Positions 50,560 through 64,000 of a DNA stretch of 64,000 bases are shown here, in pieces. How positions within the stretch are numbered: position 1 is the stretch's first letter; each line of letters opens with the position of its first letter. Both the position numbers and the translations under genes were made by a program. This DNA comes from Pseudomonadales bacterium (GTDB lineage Bacteria; Pseudomonadota; Gammaproteobacteria; Pseudomonadales; JBECKS01). Below the pieces are notes generated by a model, which did no database searches, had not been told where the DNA came from, and saw only the letters and a program-made list of their open reading frames with translations. The stretch is taken from positions 11,892 to 75,891 of the forward strand of contig OZ245031.1 in NCBI GenBank assembly GCA_965223975.1, given 5' to 3'.

Positions 50560-51393
50560 ATGATCTTCAACGAACAGATTAACAAGCTCCAAAAACAGCA
50601 AAAAAGCTTGGTCTGCGTAGGCCTAGATCCCGATATATCCAGGCTGCCTGCTTCCGTTCAGAATAATGCGGCCCCAATACTGGATTTCAATAAGGCCATT
50701 ATCGATGCCACCCATGATTTAGTGTGCGCCTATAAGCCCCAAATCGCTTACTACTCTTCTGTTGGTGCAGAAAAACAACTAGAAGAAAGCATCATCCATA
50801 TTAAAGAAAGCGCTCCGGAAGTACCGGTGATATTGGATGCGAAGCGAGGCGATATTGGTGCCACGGCTAAGCAATATGCCAAAGAAGCGTTTGAGCGTTA
50901 CCAAGCGGACGCCCTAACCGTAAATCCCTACATGGGCTTTGATACCATTGAACCCTACCTCGATTATGGCGACAAGGGTGTGATCATTTTATGCCACACC
51001 TCTAATCCGGGAGCTGCCCTACTACAAGAGAAAGCAGTGAGCGGTGAGGGCTATTTATTATTCGAGTATGTCGCTTACGAAGCCAAAAAACTCTTTGATC
51101 AAGGTGCTCAGGTGTCACTAGTCGTAGGGGCTACCGTACCCAGAGAGCTTAAGATGGTTCGAGACATTGTTGGAGAGATGCCCTTGCTAGTACCTGGCCT
51201 AGGTGCTCAAGGCGGCGACATGGAAGAAACCATTAAAAATGGTCTCGCTAAAGAAAGCTCTGGGCTAATCCTCAACAATTCGCGCGCGATTATTTTTGCA
51301 GGTGAAGACGAGAACTACGCCCAAGCCAGTCGTCAGGCCTGCACTATTATGCGCAACCAAGCGCAAGATTATTTAGAAAGCTTGCAGGCCTAA
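50560..51393 (+). CDS. pyrF: Orotidine-5'-phosphate decarboxylase (subfamily 2)
   Basis: CVGLDP, YKPQIAYY, DAKRGDIG, TSNPG, PGLGAQGG; probable start ATG 50560. Confidence 0.93.
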   Translation: MIFNEQINKLQKQQKSLVCVGLDPDISRLPASVQNNAAPILDFNKAIIDATHDLVCAYKPQIAYYSSVGAEKQLEESIIHIKESAPEVPVILDAKRGDIGATAKQYAKEAFERYQADALTVNPYMGFDTIEPYLDYGDKGVIILCHTSNPGAALLQEKAVSGEGYLLFEYVAYEAKKLFDQGAQVSLVVGATVPRELKMVRDIVGEMPLLVPGLGAQGGDMEETIKNGLAKESSGLILNNSRAIIFAGEDENYAQASRQACTIMRNQAQDYLESLQA

Positions 51394-51411
51394 GCCTAAC
51401 CCACCAAGCCC

Positions 51412-51473
51412 AAGCACGAAGACAAAGCACGAAGACAAAGCACGAAGACAAAGTACGAAGAAAAAGTACGAAG
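51412..51473. repeat. 13-bp tandem repeat between convergent pyrF and murI
   Basis: AAGCACGAAGACA x3, then AAGTACGAAGAAA and a partial AAGTACGAAG. Confidence 0.92.
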
Positions 51474-51488
51474 CCTAAGAACCAAGCA

Positions 51489-52319
51489 TTAGATATTCAG
51501 CGGCTGGCTTTTCGCTACCGTTAATTTTGGATCTTTGATTTCCTTAAGCAATTCCAGTTTTCCACAATCGACTGACTCTTCAGAATTGGAGCTAAAGCAA
51601 AATAGAAAGTCATCAGTATCACTCTTAGTACTAAGTAAATCGTGCCGCTCTAACTCATCATGAGTATGCTTTGCTATTGCCTCACTGGTATCGAGAACAA
51701 CCACTTTCTCGCTCAACTCCTCCTGAATAAGCTCAGCTAAAAAAGTGAAATGAGTGCAACCAAGCAGTACCGTATCAAAACGACTATCCACCTTAGACAA
51801 TACTTTCCTAACGCAGGCCCTAGCCTCCGAATTGTCCCAAGCACCTGACTCGACCAAACTCACCCACTCTGGAGCTGCTTGGGAATACACTAAAGCATCT
51901 TGCGCATAATCTTTAACGAGACGCTGAAATTGCTGACTAGCTAAGGTTAGCTCGGTCGCGAAAACAGCTATACCTGATTGACTATTCTTTGCAGCGGGTT
52001 TGACTCCGGGCTCTGTACCAAAAAAAGGGATATCGAAATGTTCGCGAAGATCTCTAATCGCCGAAGCTGTAGCACTATTGCATGCAAGCACTACTGCTTT
52101 TAACTCATAGCGCTGCGACAGGTAATCTACAACCTTAAAACATCGGTCTCTAATAAATGCCTCGCTCCGAATGCCATAAGGCAAGTAGGCGAAATCTGCA
52201 AAATAAATAAAATGCTCTTTAGGCATTGCCTTTGCTAATGCATTTAAAATCGAAACGCCTCCAAGACCGGAATCTATCACCAAAATCGAAGCGTCTTTAG
52301 ACTTAAATTTATTGCCCAT
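51489..52319 (-). CDS. murI: Glutamate racemase
   Basis: DSGLGG, PYG, LACNSAT and LGCTHF motifs. Confidence 0.92.
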   Translation of the reverse strand: MGNKFKSKDASILVIDSGLGGVSILNALAKAMPKEHFIYFADFAYLPYGIRSEAFIRDRCFKVVDYLSQRYELKAVVLACNSATASAIRDLREHFDIPFFGTEPGVKPAAKNSQSGIAVFATELTLASQQFQRLVKDYAQDALVYSQAAPEWVSLVESGAWDNSEARACVRKVLSKVDSRFDTVLLGCTHFTFLAELIQEELSEKVVVLDTSEAIAKHTHDELERHDLLSTKSDTDDFLFCFSSNSEESVDCGKLELLKEIKDPKLTVAKSQPLNI

Positions 52320-53202
52320 CCCAAGCCTCTAGCGCATTCATTCTAAAACGTTTACCTTTAAAGGAAAGCACCACTCCTTCCTCAGTGATTTGGTCAAGCA
52401 CTAAACCCTGAGAAATCTCATCCCCAACCTTTGCACCATCTCCATTGATCGTCACCTTTCTAAACGAAGCTGCACTCGAATAAATATGAGTCGATACCTT
52501 TAGACTTGGTATTTGCTGTTTAAAAGTAGACGGTAGTGCAGCGATTGAGGGTAGACTCTTCCAATCGTCATACGCTTTAACCTTCTGTTTTGTTTTTTGG
52601 TTCTCTAGTTCTTGTAGCTTTCCAATCTGAGCACCTTGCTGGTCTGATTTAGCCTTCTCTTCTGTAATGTTTTGCGAGCTATTAGCGTTTTGACCTTCGC
52701 TATTAAACCAAGCTTGGTACTCATTGATAAGCTCTTGTTCCCTCTCAGCTTCTTCAAGCTCTTTATTTTTTAAAGCTTCACGCCTATCCGTACTAGGTCG
52801 GATCACTTCAAAGCCTTCAATACTGTCGTTATCTATTGAGCCAGCACCTTGTACCTTAGAACTTTGGGATTCCCTAGTATCAGCAGGCACCATCGCTTGT
52901 TGGCCTGAGACAGCCGTCTTTTCAGGAGGCTGGATCAATACATGCGCCCTCTCAGAAGCAGTAGTTTGATAGACCTGAGTAGTTGATTGGGGATACCCAG
53001 TTTCTGAATCGCCGTAATTTTGATAAGCCAGCAAAGATAACGCAAGAAAAATTAACAAGCCCAAGGCCAGGGCAAAATACCAAAGCCACGGCGTTCTCTC
53101 TGAAGCTTCTTGCAGCAAAGCATGCTCGCTTGAAATATCCGGCAAATCGCCCAGTTTTCTTTCTTGCTCGGACTTCTTTAAGGCATCGAGTATATGAGAC
53201 AT
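52309..53202 (-). CDS. exeB: General secretion pathway protein B (ExeB/GspB)
   Basis: MSHILDALKKSEQER N-terminus, one TM segment, C-terminal HIYSS..VTING..QITEEGV; follows exeA. Confidence 0.85.
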   Translation of the reverse strand: MSHILDALKKSEQERKLGDLPDISSEHALLQEASERTPWLWYFALALGLLIFLALSLLAYQNYGDSETGYPQSTTQVYQTTASERAHVLIQPPEKTAVSGQQAMVPADTRESQSSKVQGAGSIDNDSIEGFEVIRPSTDRREALKNKELEEAEREQELINEYQAWFNSEGQNANSSQNITEEKAKSDQQGAQIGKLQELENQKTKQKVKAYDDWKSLPSIAALPSTFKQQIPSLKVSTHIYSSAASFRKVTINGDGAKVGDEISQGLVLDQITEEGVVLSFKGKRFRMNALEAWDGQ

Positions 53203-53211
53203 AAACTTACC

Positions 53212-54906
53212 TTATTTCACCTTGTCCGGCGATGAAGATTCTTGCAGCAGTTCAATTCCTTGCAATCTTGGAACCATAGGATCTAACAAGGTATTAAAAT
53301 ATATGACGGTATTCATCCCTACCTTTCCATCCGCTTGTATGCCGGCATTCTTTTGAATATCTTTTAGCAATTGAACTTGCTCCAAACCATAGACCTGTGA
53401 ATCTTCTAAATCAAGCGAGTCTCCACGAGTACGTGATATCTGAACCAGAGCCTGATTAATCCAGGCAGCCATTTGATTTTTATCACCCAAGGTTAGCACA
53501 TCCTCTTTCCAAGCCTCAGGTGTCTTTGCATACATAAAGTACTCACCTAACCAGGCTTTCTCTAACTCCATAAAGTTTAAACTGCGGTGACGCTCCCCAA
53601 ACTGAAACAAGAGTTCCCCCTCTTTTAAACCCAAAAACACTCCATATACAGCCTTAGAGTCTTCATCATATAGTTTCAAAATTGCTGGGCGCCCCAACTT
53701 CATCAAAAGGCCAATATTTCCTTTTCCTTTAAAGCACTCTAAATTCATTTTTGCAGCCTGAATACAAAGACCATTGGGCCCTTTTACCACCCAGGGTTGT
53801 TCAGGCAACACACCCCAAAGCATGGTTAATCGAATGGAAGCCTCAGAAAAACTAAGCAAAGATTGACCCGACAAAGAGGACAAATGAGGCTCTAATATCA
53901 GTTCATCAAAAGAAAACTCTTCTATTTCCTGCTGAAGTATAAACTGCCCCAAACTACTTTGGGCCTGATGATTGGCAGAACTAATAGATTCTCGCCCATT
54001 CGATAAAAAGACCGTAGTAGCCACAACTAGCATACATATACTTAAGCCTAATAAACCCAATTTGAGAAACAACCCTTTACTCTTTCGAGAGTACCCTTGC
54101 GCACTGTTAGGATTAATCTCCTTCAATGCTTGGCGAAAAACCTTAGAACTCACTTGAGGCTGACCATTGGCATAAGCGCCTAGCAAACTACGATCAGCGA
54201 TTAAATTAATTAATCTGGGAACCCCAGAACTCTGTCTATGAATAGCGTCTTTTATACCTCGAGGAAACGGATCAAACTTTGCTCCAGCAATATTAAGTCT
54301 GTGCAGAATATACTGTCGAGTTTCTTGCTTATTTAGCGCTTTCAAATGAAAACGCGCCGTTACTCTTTGGGCCAACTGCTTCATCGAAGCTTGTTCCAGG
54401 GTATCCAAAAACTCTGGCTGAGCTAACAATACAATTTGTAATAATTTTTTCTCATTGGTTTCCAGATTTGTCAACAATCTAAGTTGCTCAAGCACATCTT
54501 CCGAAAGGTTCTGCGCTTCTTCAATAATCAGGACCGTACTGCGCGACTTAGCATGATTCTCCAACAAAAAACGATTAATAGAATCAACTAAGGATTTAAT
54601 GGAGTCATCTGAATAGGAAACACCAAATTCATCGCAAATGCTTGCGAGTAGTTCTTGTGCATCTAATTTAGGATTGAGGATAAAAGCTGTATCAACAGTG
54701 TCCGGAATTTGTTCCAAGAAACATCGGCATACTGTGGTCTTACCGGAGCCGATCTCTCCGCTCAACACAACAAAAGCGCCACTGCTTTGGATCCCGTAGA
54801 TAAGATGAGCCAGCGCCTCTTTGTGCTGATTACTCATATAAAGAAATCTAGGATCGGGAGCAATCGAGAATGGCTCTTGCTTTAAATTAAAAAACTCTTG
54901 ATACAT
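53212..54906 (-). CDS. exeA: General secretion pathway protein A (ExeA/GspA AAA ATPase with peptidoglycan-binding C-terminus)
   Basis: PFSIAPDPRFLY, GEIGSGKTT, IIEEAQNL, SGVPRLIN, QADGKVG. Confidence 0.9.
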   Translation of the reverse strand: MYQEFFNLKQEPFSIAPDPRFLYMSNQHKEALAHLIYGIQSSGAFVVLSGEIGSGKTTVCRCFLEQIPDTVDTAFILNPKLDAQELLASICDEFGVSYSDDSIKSLVDSINRFLLENHAKSRSTVLIIEEAQNLSEDVLEQLRLLTNLETNEKKLLQIVLLAQPEFLDTLEQASMKQLAQRVTARFHLKALNKQETRQYILHRLNIAGAKFDPFPRGIKDAIHRQSSGVPRLINLIADRSLLGAYANGQPQVSSKVFRQALKEINPNSAQGYSRKSKGLFLKLGLLGLSICMLVVATTVFLSNGRESISSANHQAQSSLGQFILQQEIEEFSFDELILEPHLSSLSGQSLLSFSEASIRLTMLWGVLPEQPWVVKGPNGLCIQAAKMNLECFKGKGNIGLLMKLGRPAILKLYDEDSKAVYGVFLGLKEGELLFQFGERHRSLNFMELEKAWLGEYFMYAKTPEAWKEDVLTLGDKNQMAAWINQALVQISRTRGDSLDLEDSQVYGLEQVQLLKDIQKNAGIQADGKVGMNTVIYFNTLLDPMVPRLQGIELLQESSSPDKVK

Positions 54907-54956
54907 TCCTTTCGCTTTCCCCTAGCCCTGCCAAGCATATTTCTAAGATATCATCA

Positions 54957-55187
54957 TTAAGAAAGAAACTGCTTTAGTTCTTCTCGCGTGACTAGATTAC
55001 AAGTTTCGCTATCCTGATCAAATAGAATGCACAGCTGTTTATCTTGTAGTTGCGATTTTATTTGCGCCACTTTACGCACTAGGCTCACCTCATACTCGCC
55101 ATAATCAGTTCCCTCTCTAAGAACATAGGCCTCTATCAACGCTTCAAGCGTCTCCGACTCTAGAGCGTCATGTGGAATCTCGATCAC
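54957..55187 (-). CDS. yheU: YheU/UPF0270 family protein
   Basis: IPHDAL..LIEAYVLREGTDYG; probable GTG start overlapping the upstream TGA. Confidence 0.85.
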   Translation of the reverse strand: MIEIPHDALESETLEALIEAYVLREGTDYGEYEVSLVRKVAQIKSQLQDKQLCILFDQDSETCNLVTREELKQFLS

Positions 55188-55801
55188 TTCGGTAGCCACC
55201 AAGGACGCTCAAGTGCCTTCTTGCACCCTTGGTACTGCGTACTGTAACGACTGGCATTGGCAGCAACCTTTTGTGACACTTTGACAAGCCAAGGTTTTTT
55301 CTTGTAAGTTCCGCGTGAATAGCCACCATGTCCTTCGTGATAGGTGAGATATAAATTTTTGGCATCCCATGCGCTTAACTTATTTCGGACACGACTTTGT
55401 TTGTAGTACCAGCCAATAAAATCAATGGCGTGTTTAAAGTTATCTCTGTCCTTTCCCCATTGACCCGTTTGTTTTTGATAATAATCCCATGTCTCGTCCA
55501 AAACTTGTGCATAGCCATAAGCACTCGACGGGCGTGGCCCGGGCAGAAAACCAAGTAACTTCTTTCTGGGTGGGCGTGCATTGCCAACGAAACGCGACTC
55601 TTGATAAATAGTCGCCATCATAACGTGAATCGGTATTCCCCACTTTTCCGAAGACTTTTTAGCAGCCTTATGCCAGCCCGATTTTTCACGGAAAATTTTA
55701 CAAATATTCTCTAAATCTGATGGCGGACGAGTATTGCAGCCGCCCAGTACCATCAGCGCACTTAGCAAAATAATTATTTTAATGTTCAGTAGCGTACGCA
55801 T
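55184..55801 (-). CDS. SLT-domain transglycosylase-like lipoprotein
   Basis: LGGC lipobox, QESRF, SSAYGYAQ, YLTYHEG. Confidence 0.85.
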   Translation of the reverse strand: MRTLLNIKIIILLSALMVLGGCNTRPPSDLENICKIFREKSGWHKAAKKSSEKWGIPIHVMMATIYQESRFVGNARPPRKKLLGFLPGPRPSSAYGYAQVLDETWDYYQKQTGQWGKDRDNFKHAIDFIGWYYKQSRVRNKLSAWDAKNLYLTYHEGHGGYSRGTYKKKPWLVKVSQKVAANASRYSTQYQGCKKALERPWWLPK

Positions 55802-55802
55802 A

Positions 55803-58876
<3,074 letters not shown>

Positions 58877-58938
58877 AAAAAACCTATGTATTACAACCTT
58901 TGTATTACAATGCTCTCATAATCGACAAGAGGTCACTC

Positions 58939-61900
58939 TTAGTCTGCAGCCATTTTCGCTGCTTCATCCACATCTACGCTCACGATACGTGAACACCCTG
59001 GCTCGTGCATGGTAACACCCATTAGATAATGGGCCATCTCCATACTTACCTTGTTGTGGGTGATATAAATAAACTGTACCTGATCAGACATTTCTTCAAC
59101 CATCCGGCAGTAACGGTTTACGTTAGCATCATCTAGAGGAGCATCAACCTCATCGAGAATACAGAATGGAGCAGGATTCAATCTAAAGATTGAGAATACC
59201 AAAGCAATCGCTGTCATGGCTTTCTCTCCACCAGATAATAGGTGAATCGTACTATTACGTTTACCCGGTGGACGAGCCATAATGGTGACACCGGTATCCA
59301 AGAGTTCATCGCCCGTTAACTCCAGGTAAGCGTGACCGCCACCCAAGAGTTTCGGAAACATCTCTTGCAGGCCACTGTTCAGCTTGTCAAAAGTCTCTTT
59401 AAATCGAGTACGGGTTTCTTTGTCAATTTTTCTAATAGCGGACTCTAGTGTTTCTAAAGCCTCAATCAGGTCACCGTGCTGTGTATCGAGGTAAACTTTA
59501 CGCTCAGACTCCGACTCATATTCATCAATCGCTGCTAGGTTAATAGGACCTAAACGAGCAATTCGGTTTGCCATGCGTTCAACATCCGTTTCCCAAAGAT
59601 TGATGTCCGCGTCTTCTGGCAACTCTTCAAGTAATTTATCGCGATCAAAATCAGACTGATCTAAAGACTCCTGAACGGTTTGCAGCTGAACTTTAAAGCC
59701 CTGCCATTCCATTCTTTGTTTCTCTAGTCCGCCTCGAACTTCTTGCGCGGCCGCTTCGGCTTGGTTTCGCGCTTTTTCTAACTCGCGCAAACCATGATCT
59801 GCTTCGTCCAACTTAGCGCGGGCTTCGGTCATTTTTTCTTGAGCCACTACTTGCTTCTCTAAGCAGGCTTCAAGCTCTTCGTGTTGATTACTCGCTGGTT
59901 CGTCTACTTCTTTCAATTGCTCGAGCAAGGCAGCTTTGCGCTGCTGTAAAGTTTCTTCTTGGCTATGAAGTCGAGCCATGCCTTCTTTAGTAGAAGTCAG
60001 TTGGGTTCTAAAAGTTTCTGACTGAACAACAGCAAGATGAGCCTCATCTCGATCACGACGAGCGGTTTCCCGCGCCTCATCCAATTGTTGGCGCACTGAG
60101 TCACGCTCTTTAAGAAGTTCTTCACGATGATTGGAGTCGGTCTCCATTTTATCCAAAGCTTCTTGTAAAGTTTCGCGGGCGACTGCCAGATTCTCTTGCT
60201 CCGATGTTAATTGAGTTTTGCATTCTCCTAATTCTTGATCGATGCTTTCTTTACGAGCGGCAAACTCTTCAACACGGGCTCGACGAGCGCTCAATTGAGA
60301 TTCGCTATCGGCCAACTGCTTCGAAGCGTCACGAAGGACCGCTTGATGCTGATGGCTTTCTTGTTCTTTGGCTTTGAGAGCCTCACGACCTTGAGTGAGT
60401 TTTTCAGAGCTCTCAGCAACATCACTTTCTAAACTCTCGATACTAGCTGCCAAAGTTTTTAATTCTTGCTCGCGTGCTAACACACCACTTTGCTCGTCTT
60501 CGTCTTTAGCGACCTTTAGCCAGTTTGGGCCTAACCAAATACCGTCTTTGCTAACGACCGATTCTTGAGCCGACAGATTAGAGCGCATAGCCATCGCGTC
60601 TGCCAATGATTCAGCTAGATAAACACCGGCTAAATTTGAAGGTAAACGTTCGCCTCCCTGCACCACACTGGATAACGACTTACCTTGTGCGCCTGACGCG
60701 CTTGAACCGTCGTTAGGCAATACAAAAGTTAAAGCACCATGCTCCAAGCCAGAAGCAAGTTCAGCCAATGGATCAAAGCCACCTTCGGCACAAACCGCTT
60801 GCAGCGAGTCACCTAGTACAGTCTCGACCGCTTTTTCCCAGCCAGAATCCACTTTTAAAGTTTCAGCCAGCTTACTCTTGTCACCCAAACCTTTTTCGTT
60901 TAGCCAGTTAACCAAGCCGCCATCTTGTTTCATCGCAGCTTGTTGCAAAGCTTCTAAAGATGCATGACGCCCCTGGGCTTTTTGCAACTCAGATCGAGTG
61001 GCTTCTAAATGACTAACCAACTCCGCGTTTTGATCACGAGTGGTGCCAATCTCATGGGCAAAGCTATCGCCTTTTTCAATTAAGCTTTGGACTTCTAGTT
61101 CCTGCTCTTGGCAACGCTCTTGGAGATCAAGCATCTCTTGCTCGATTGGACCCGCAACCAAACCTTCCGCTTCACCTTGCAAACGTTCGATTCGCTCACC
61201 TAGTCGCTGAATACTTTGGTCCAAATGTTGAATTTTAGATTGTTCAACTTCTGAAATTCTTCTTGGCTCAGCTGCGCTTTGGTTAAACTCATCCCAACGG
61301 ACTTGCCACTGCTGCATACCCTCTTCAGCTTGCGCTAGTACTTCTGCTGATTGTAGTTCTTTTTCTTTTAAACCCTCTAAACGTGGGCCAACGCCTTCTA
61401 AACTTTCTTCTAGCTGAGCAATCTTTTGCTCATCGCCTCGTAAATGTTCAGTGGTTTCTTTTAAATTATTTTCTGTTTGCTCGATATCTGTATGAAGCTG
61501 CTGATGTCTTTCTTTTTGATGCTGGATGGTTTGCTGAATCGCAGAAATCTCAGACTGAATACCGTAGAAAGTTCTTTGAACTTCATTAAAATGATCATTG
61601 AGTTCAGTATGCTCTTGCCGTTGTTTTTCAATTCCCGTTTCAGCGCTTTGACGCTCTGCTTGTTTTGCTTCGAATTGAACCTCTAAATCACGAATCGTCG
61701 CTTCTACCTCTTGGATATCGGCATTGATTTTTCGCCATTTAAGGGCTTGGAACTGAGCTTTAAGCAAACGCTCTTCTTCTTTGTATTCTTTGTACTTCTC
61801 CGCATTCTTAGCCTGACGTTGCAAACGATCCAGCTGTCGACCTAACTCTTCACGTAAATCCTCTAAACGCTCGAGGTTCTCGCGAGTTCGACGCATACGA

Positions 61901-62445
61901 TTTTCAGTTTCTTTGCGTCGTTCTTTATATTTTGATATACCCGCTGCTTCTTCGATCAGTACACGCAACTCATCGGGTTTCGCTTCGATCAAACGAGAGA
62001 TCATGCCCTGCTCGATGATCGCGTAACTGCGAGGACCAAGACCAGTACCTAGAAAAATATCGGTAATATCTTTACGGCGACACTTAACGCCATTTAAGAA
62101 ATAAGTGGATTGAGCGTCTCGCGTCACTTGGCGCTTAACCGCGATTTCCGAAAAACTAGCGTATTCACCGCCTACTGTTCCATCGCTGTTATCAAACACC
62201 AGTTCAATGGAAGCCAAAGCGACCGGCTTGCGACTATTCGAGCCGTTAAAGATAACGTCGGTCATATCTTCGCCACGCAGGTTCTTAGCTGAGCTTTCAC
62301 CCATCACCCAGCGCACGGCGTCAATTACATTGGATTTACCACAGCCGTTAGGACCAACAATAGCAGAAAGGTTTGAGGAAAAATCGATGGTGGTGGGGTC
62401 TACAAAGGACTTAAAACCCGCTAGCTTGATGTTCTTTAAACGCAT
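58939..62445 (-). CDS. smc: Chromosome segregation protein SMC
   Basis: GFKSF, GPNGCGKSN, coiled coils, LSGGE, LDEVDAPLD; probable start ATG 62445. Confidence 0.97.
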   Translation of the reverse strand: MRLKNIKLAGFKSFVDPTTIDFSSNLSAIVGPNGCGKSNVIDAVRWVMGESSAKNLRGEDMTDVIFNGSNSRKPVALASIELVFDNSDGTVGGEYASFSEIAVKRQVTRDAQSTYFLNGVKCRRKDITDIFLGTGLGPRSYAIIEQGMISRLIEAKPDELRVLIEEAAGISKYKERRKETENRMRRTRENLERLEDLREELGRQLDRLQRQAKNAEKYKEYKEEERLLKAQFQALKWRKINADIQEVEATIRDLEVQFEAKQAERQSAETGIEKQRQEHTELNDHFNEVQRTFYGIQSEISAIQQTIQHQKERHQQLHTDIEQTENNLKETTEHLRGDEQKIAQLEESLEGVGPRLEGLKEKELQSAEVLAQAEEGMQQWQVRWDEFNQSAAEPRRISEVEQSKIQHLDQSIQRLGERIERLQGEAEGLVAGPIEQEMLDLQERCQEQELEVQSLIEKGDSFAHEIGTTRDQNAELVSHLEATRSELQKAQGRHASLEALQQAAMKQDGGLVNWLNEKGLGDKSKLAETLKVDSGWEKAVETVLGDSLQAVCAEGGFDPLAELASGLEHGALTFVLPNDGSSASGAQGKSLSSVVQGGERLPSNLAGVYLAESLADAMAMRSNLSAQESVVSKDGIWLGPNWLKVAKDEDEQSGVLAREQELKTLAASIESLESDVAESSEKLTQGREALKAKEQESHQHQAVLRDASKQLADSESQLSARRARVEEFAARKESIDQELGECKTQLTSEQENLAVARETLQEALDKMETDSNHREELLKERDSVRQQLDEARETARRDRDEAHLAVVQSETFRTQLTSTKEGMARLHSQEETLQQRKAALLEQLKEVDEPASNQHEELEACLEKQVVAQEKMTEARAKLDEADHGLRELEKARNQAEAAAQEVRGGLEKQRMEWQGFKVQLQTVQESLDQSDFDRDKLLEELPEDADINLWETDVERMANRIARLGPINLAAIDEYESESERKVYLDTQHGDLIEALETLESAIRKIDKETRTRFKETFDKLNSGLQEMFPKLLGGGHAYLELTGDELLDTGVTIMARPPGKRNSTIHLLSGGEKAMTAIALVFSIFRLNPAPFCILDEVDAPLDDANVNRYCRMVEEMSDQVQFIYITHNKVSMEMAHYLMGVTMHEPGCSRIVSVDVDEAAKMAAD

Positions 62446-62899
62446 GGACAACTAATACCTTAACCGGAGCCAAAACTCCTTATAAAACAGTCGTTTAGAC
62501 TGATAATTCTAAACTCTTTTGAATATGGTTTTTGATTTATTCGGCAGCCATCTAATGGACAGACACTTTATTATCGCTCAGCACTATCGCCGATGAAATT
62601 TTGCTTTTCCGGCGACTATTCGTAAACTAGGCAGTCCTTAATTTAAGGCTCCTACTTGGCGCTCCTTCACCGTCTGTCACTAGACAAAAAAAAGCTACAA
62701 ATTCACGAACTTAGAGCAAGTTTAAAAACCAGCGCTAGTGTATCGAAAATCCCTTTAAAGCTCTAATTATTTCTACTGAGATTTAGTCGATTTTTTGATC
62801 AAAAGAGCTAAAGCTTTGAAACTAAAAAAGTCTCGTAAGCCATTGATATTAATCGCTAAGATCTTCTAGTTTGGAATCAAGATCCAAGCCGGCTGTTGA

Positions 62900-64000
62900 C
62901 TAATAAACCGCCACTCCGCCCCGACGTCGAGGGTCATTAACCGCTTCTAAATCCCCGTCTTCTATCAAGATAGAATTGGTATCACCTAGTGTTCTGACTT
63001 CCTTCAACCCTTGGTGCTGTTTTTTCTCCAATATCTTGAGAGTATCCGGTGAGATTCCATGCTTTTCATAGCGTACTTGATCCGGCAACCATTGATGGTG
63101 AAAGCGTGGTGCCTCTACAGCATCAGCTAGCTCCATATCAAATTCTAGAACATTCAGAATAACCTGTAACACGCTCGTGATAATAGTAGAACCGCCGGGT
63201 GAGCCAGTGACTAGGTAAGCCTTACCTTCGCGATTGACGATGGTGGGCGACATCGAGCTCAACATGCGCTTACCGGGCTGAACTTCGTTAGCCACATTAC
63301 CGACCAATCCATAGGCATTCGGCACTCCGGGCTTAGTTGAAAAATCATCCATCTCGTTGTTCAACAAAAAGCCAGCTCCAGTGACGGTAATTTTATTGCC
63401 GTAGGAAAAATTCAGGGTTGTGGTGACCGATACAACATTGCCCTCCTCATCAGCAACCGAGTAATGGGTGGTATCAGGGCTTTCTTTAGCGACCTTGCCT
63501 GCTCCCACATCGGAACTTCTGCTCGCTTTCTTTGGATTAAAATCCTTAAACCTTAGCTTGGCGTAATCCTTATCCACCAACCGTTCAAGAGGCACTTGAT
63601 AAAAGTCTGTATCCCCTAGGTGCTCCGCTCTATCGGCATAGGCACGGCGCTCTGCCTCAATTAAGAGGTGTATATAATCGGCGCTGCCCCAGCCTAGTTT
63701 TTTTAGATTATAGGGCTCCAGCATATTCAACATCTGAACAATTAATACCCCACCGGAAGAAGCGGGAGGCATCGCGACAATTTCAAAGTCACGGTATTGC
63801 CCTGTTAAAGGCTCTTTCCATTTAGACTCATAATTTTTTAAATCTTCTAAGCTGATGATGCCATTGCCACGTCTCATTTCTTCAACAATTAAGCGGGCTG
63901 TTTCGCCTTCATAGAATCCTGCGCGTCCTTGTTTGGAAATTCTATTTAAAGTTTTTGCCAAATCTTTTTGTTTCCATAGATAACCTTGGGGCAAAGGCAG
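62900..64000 (-). CDS. ggt: Gamma-glutamyltransferase (partial, 5' part beyond the right edge)
   Basis: PPASSGG, TTHYSV (Thr nucleophile), LNNEMDDF, PGKRMLSSMSPT, GSPGG. Confidence 0.95.
   Translation of the reverse strand: MPLPQGYLWKQKDLAKTLNRISKQGRAGFYEGETARLIVEEMRRGNGIISLEDLKNYESKWKEPLTGQYRDFEIVAMPPASSGGVLIVQMLNMLEPYNLKKLGWGSADYIHLLIEAERRAYADRAEHLGDTDFYQVPLERLVDKDYAKLRFKDFNPKKASRSSDVGAGKVAKESPDTTHYSVADEEGNVVSVTTTLNFSYGNKITVTGAGFLLNNEMDDFSTKPGVPNAYGLVGNVANEVQPGKRMLSSMSPTIVNREGKAYLVTGSPGGSTIITSVLQVILNVLEFDMELADAVEAPRFHHQWLPDQVRYEKHGISPDTLKILEKKQHQGLKEVRTLGDTNSILIEDGDLEAVNDPRRRGGVAVY

Noticed and set aside
62452-62899. ncRNA or small gene in the 450-bp smc-ggt gap
   Set aside because: AT-rich with no recognisable tRNA or ncRNA structure and no supported ORF; only an IHF-like motif was noted.

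Overview
Chromosomal window (~43% GC by eye) of a probable marine gammaproteobacterium (smc-zipA-ligA synteny, exeAB, glnS). Left to right: a Pfa-type PUFA/secondary-lipid synthase cluster (partial pfaC, pfaB, pfaA with 5 ACPs, pfaR, divergent pfaE); a complete pgaABCD PNAG operon; a diiron protein, GST, Crp/Fnr regulator and aldehyde dehydrogenase; an acidic lipoprotein plus outer-membrane protein; a Thermus-type alpha2 GlyRS; a PptH-like metallophosphoesterase; hydrolase plus HMG-CoA lyase; a membrane AraC regulator followed by an uncharacterised three-gene, five-haem periplasmic redox module; a fadH catabolic run; glnS, pyrF; the smc-zipA-ligA-slt-yheU-exeAB-murI run; partial ggt. No rRNA, tRNA, CRISPR array or intact mobile element was seen. 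Main leads: a Pfa synthase with two intact PfaB-type acyltransferase domains and an A9 slippery tract at the PfaA KR/DH boundary, a catalytically dead IS481-derived PfaR, a candidate ACP phosphopantetheine 'eraser', the haem module, and recurrent tandem echoes of gene 3' ends. All family assignments come from motif recognition and recall, not database searches.
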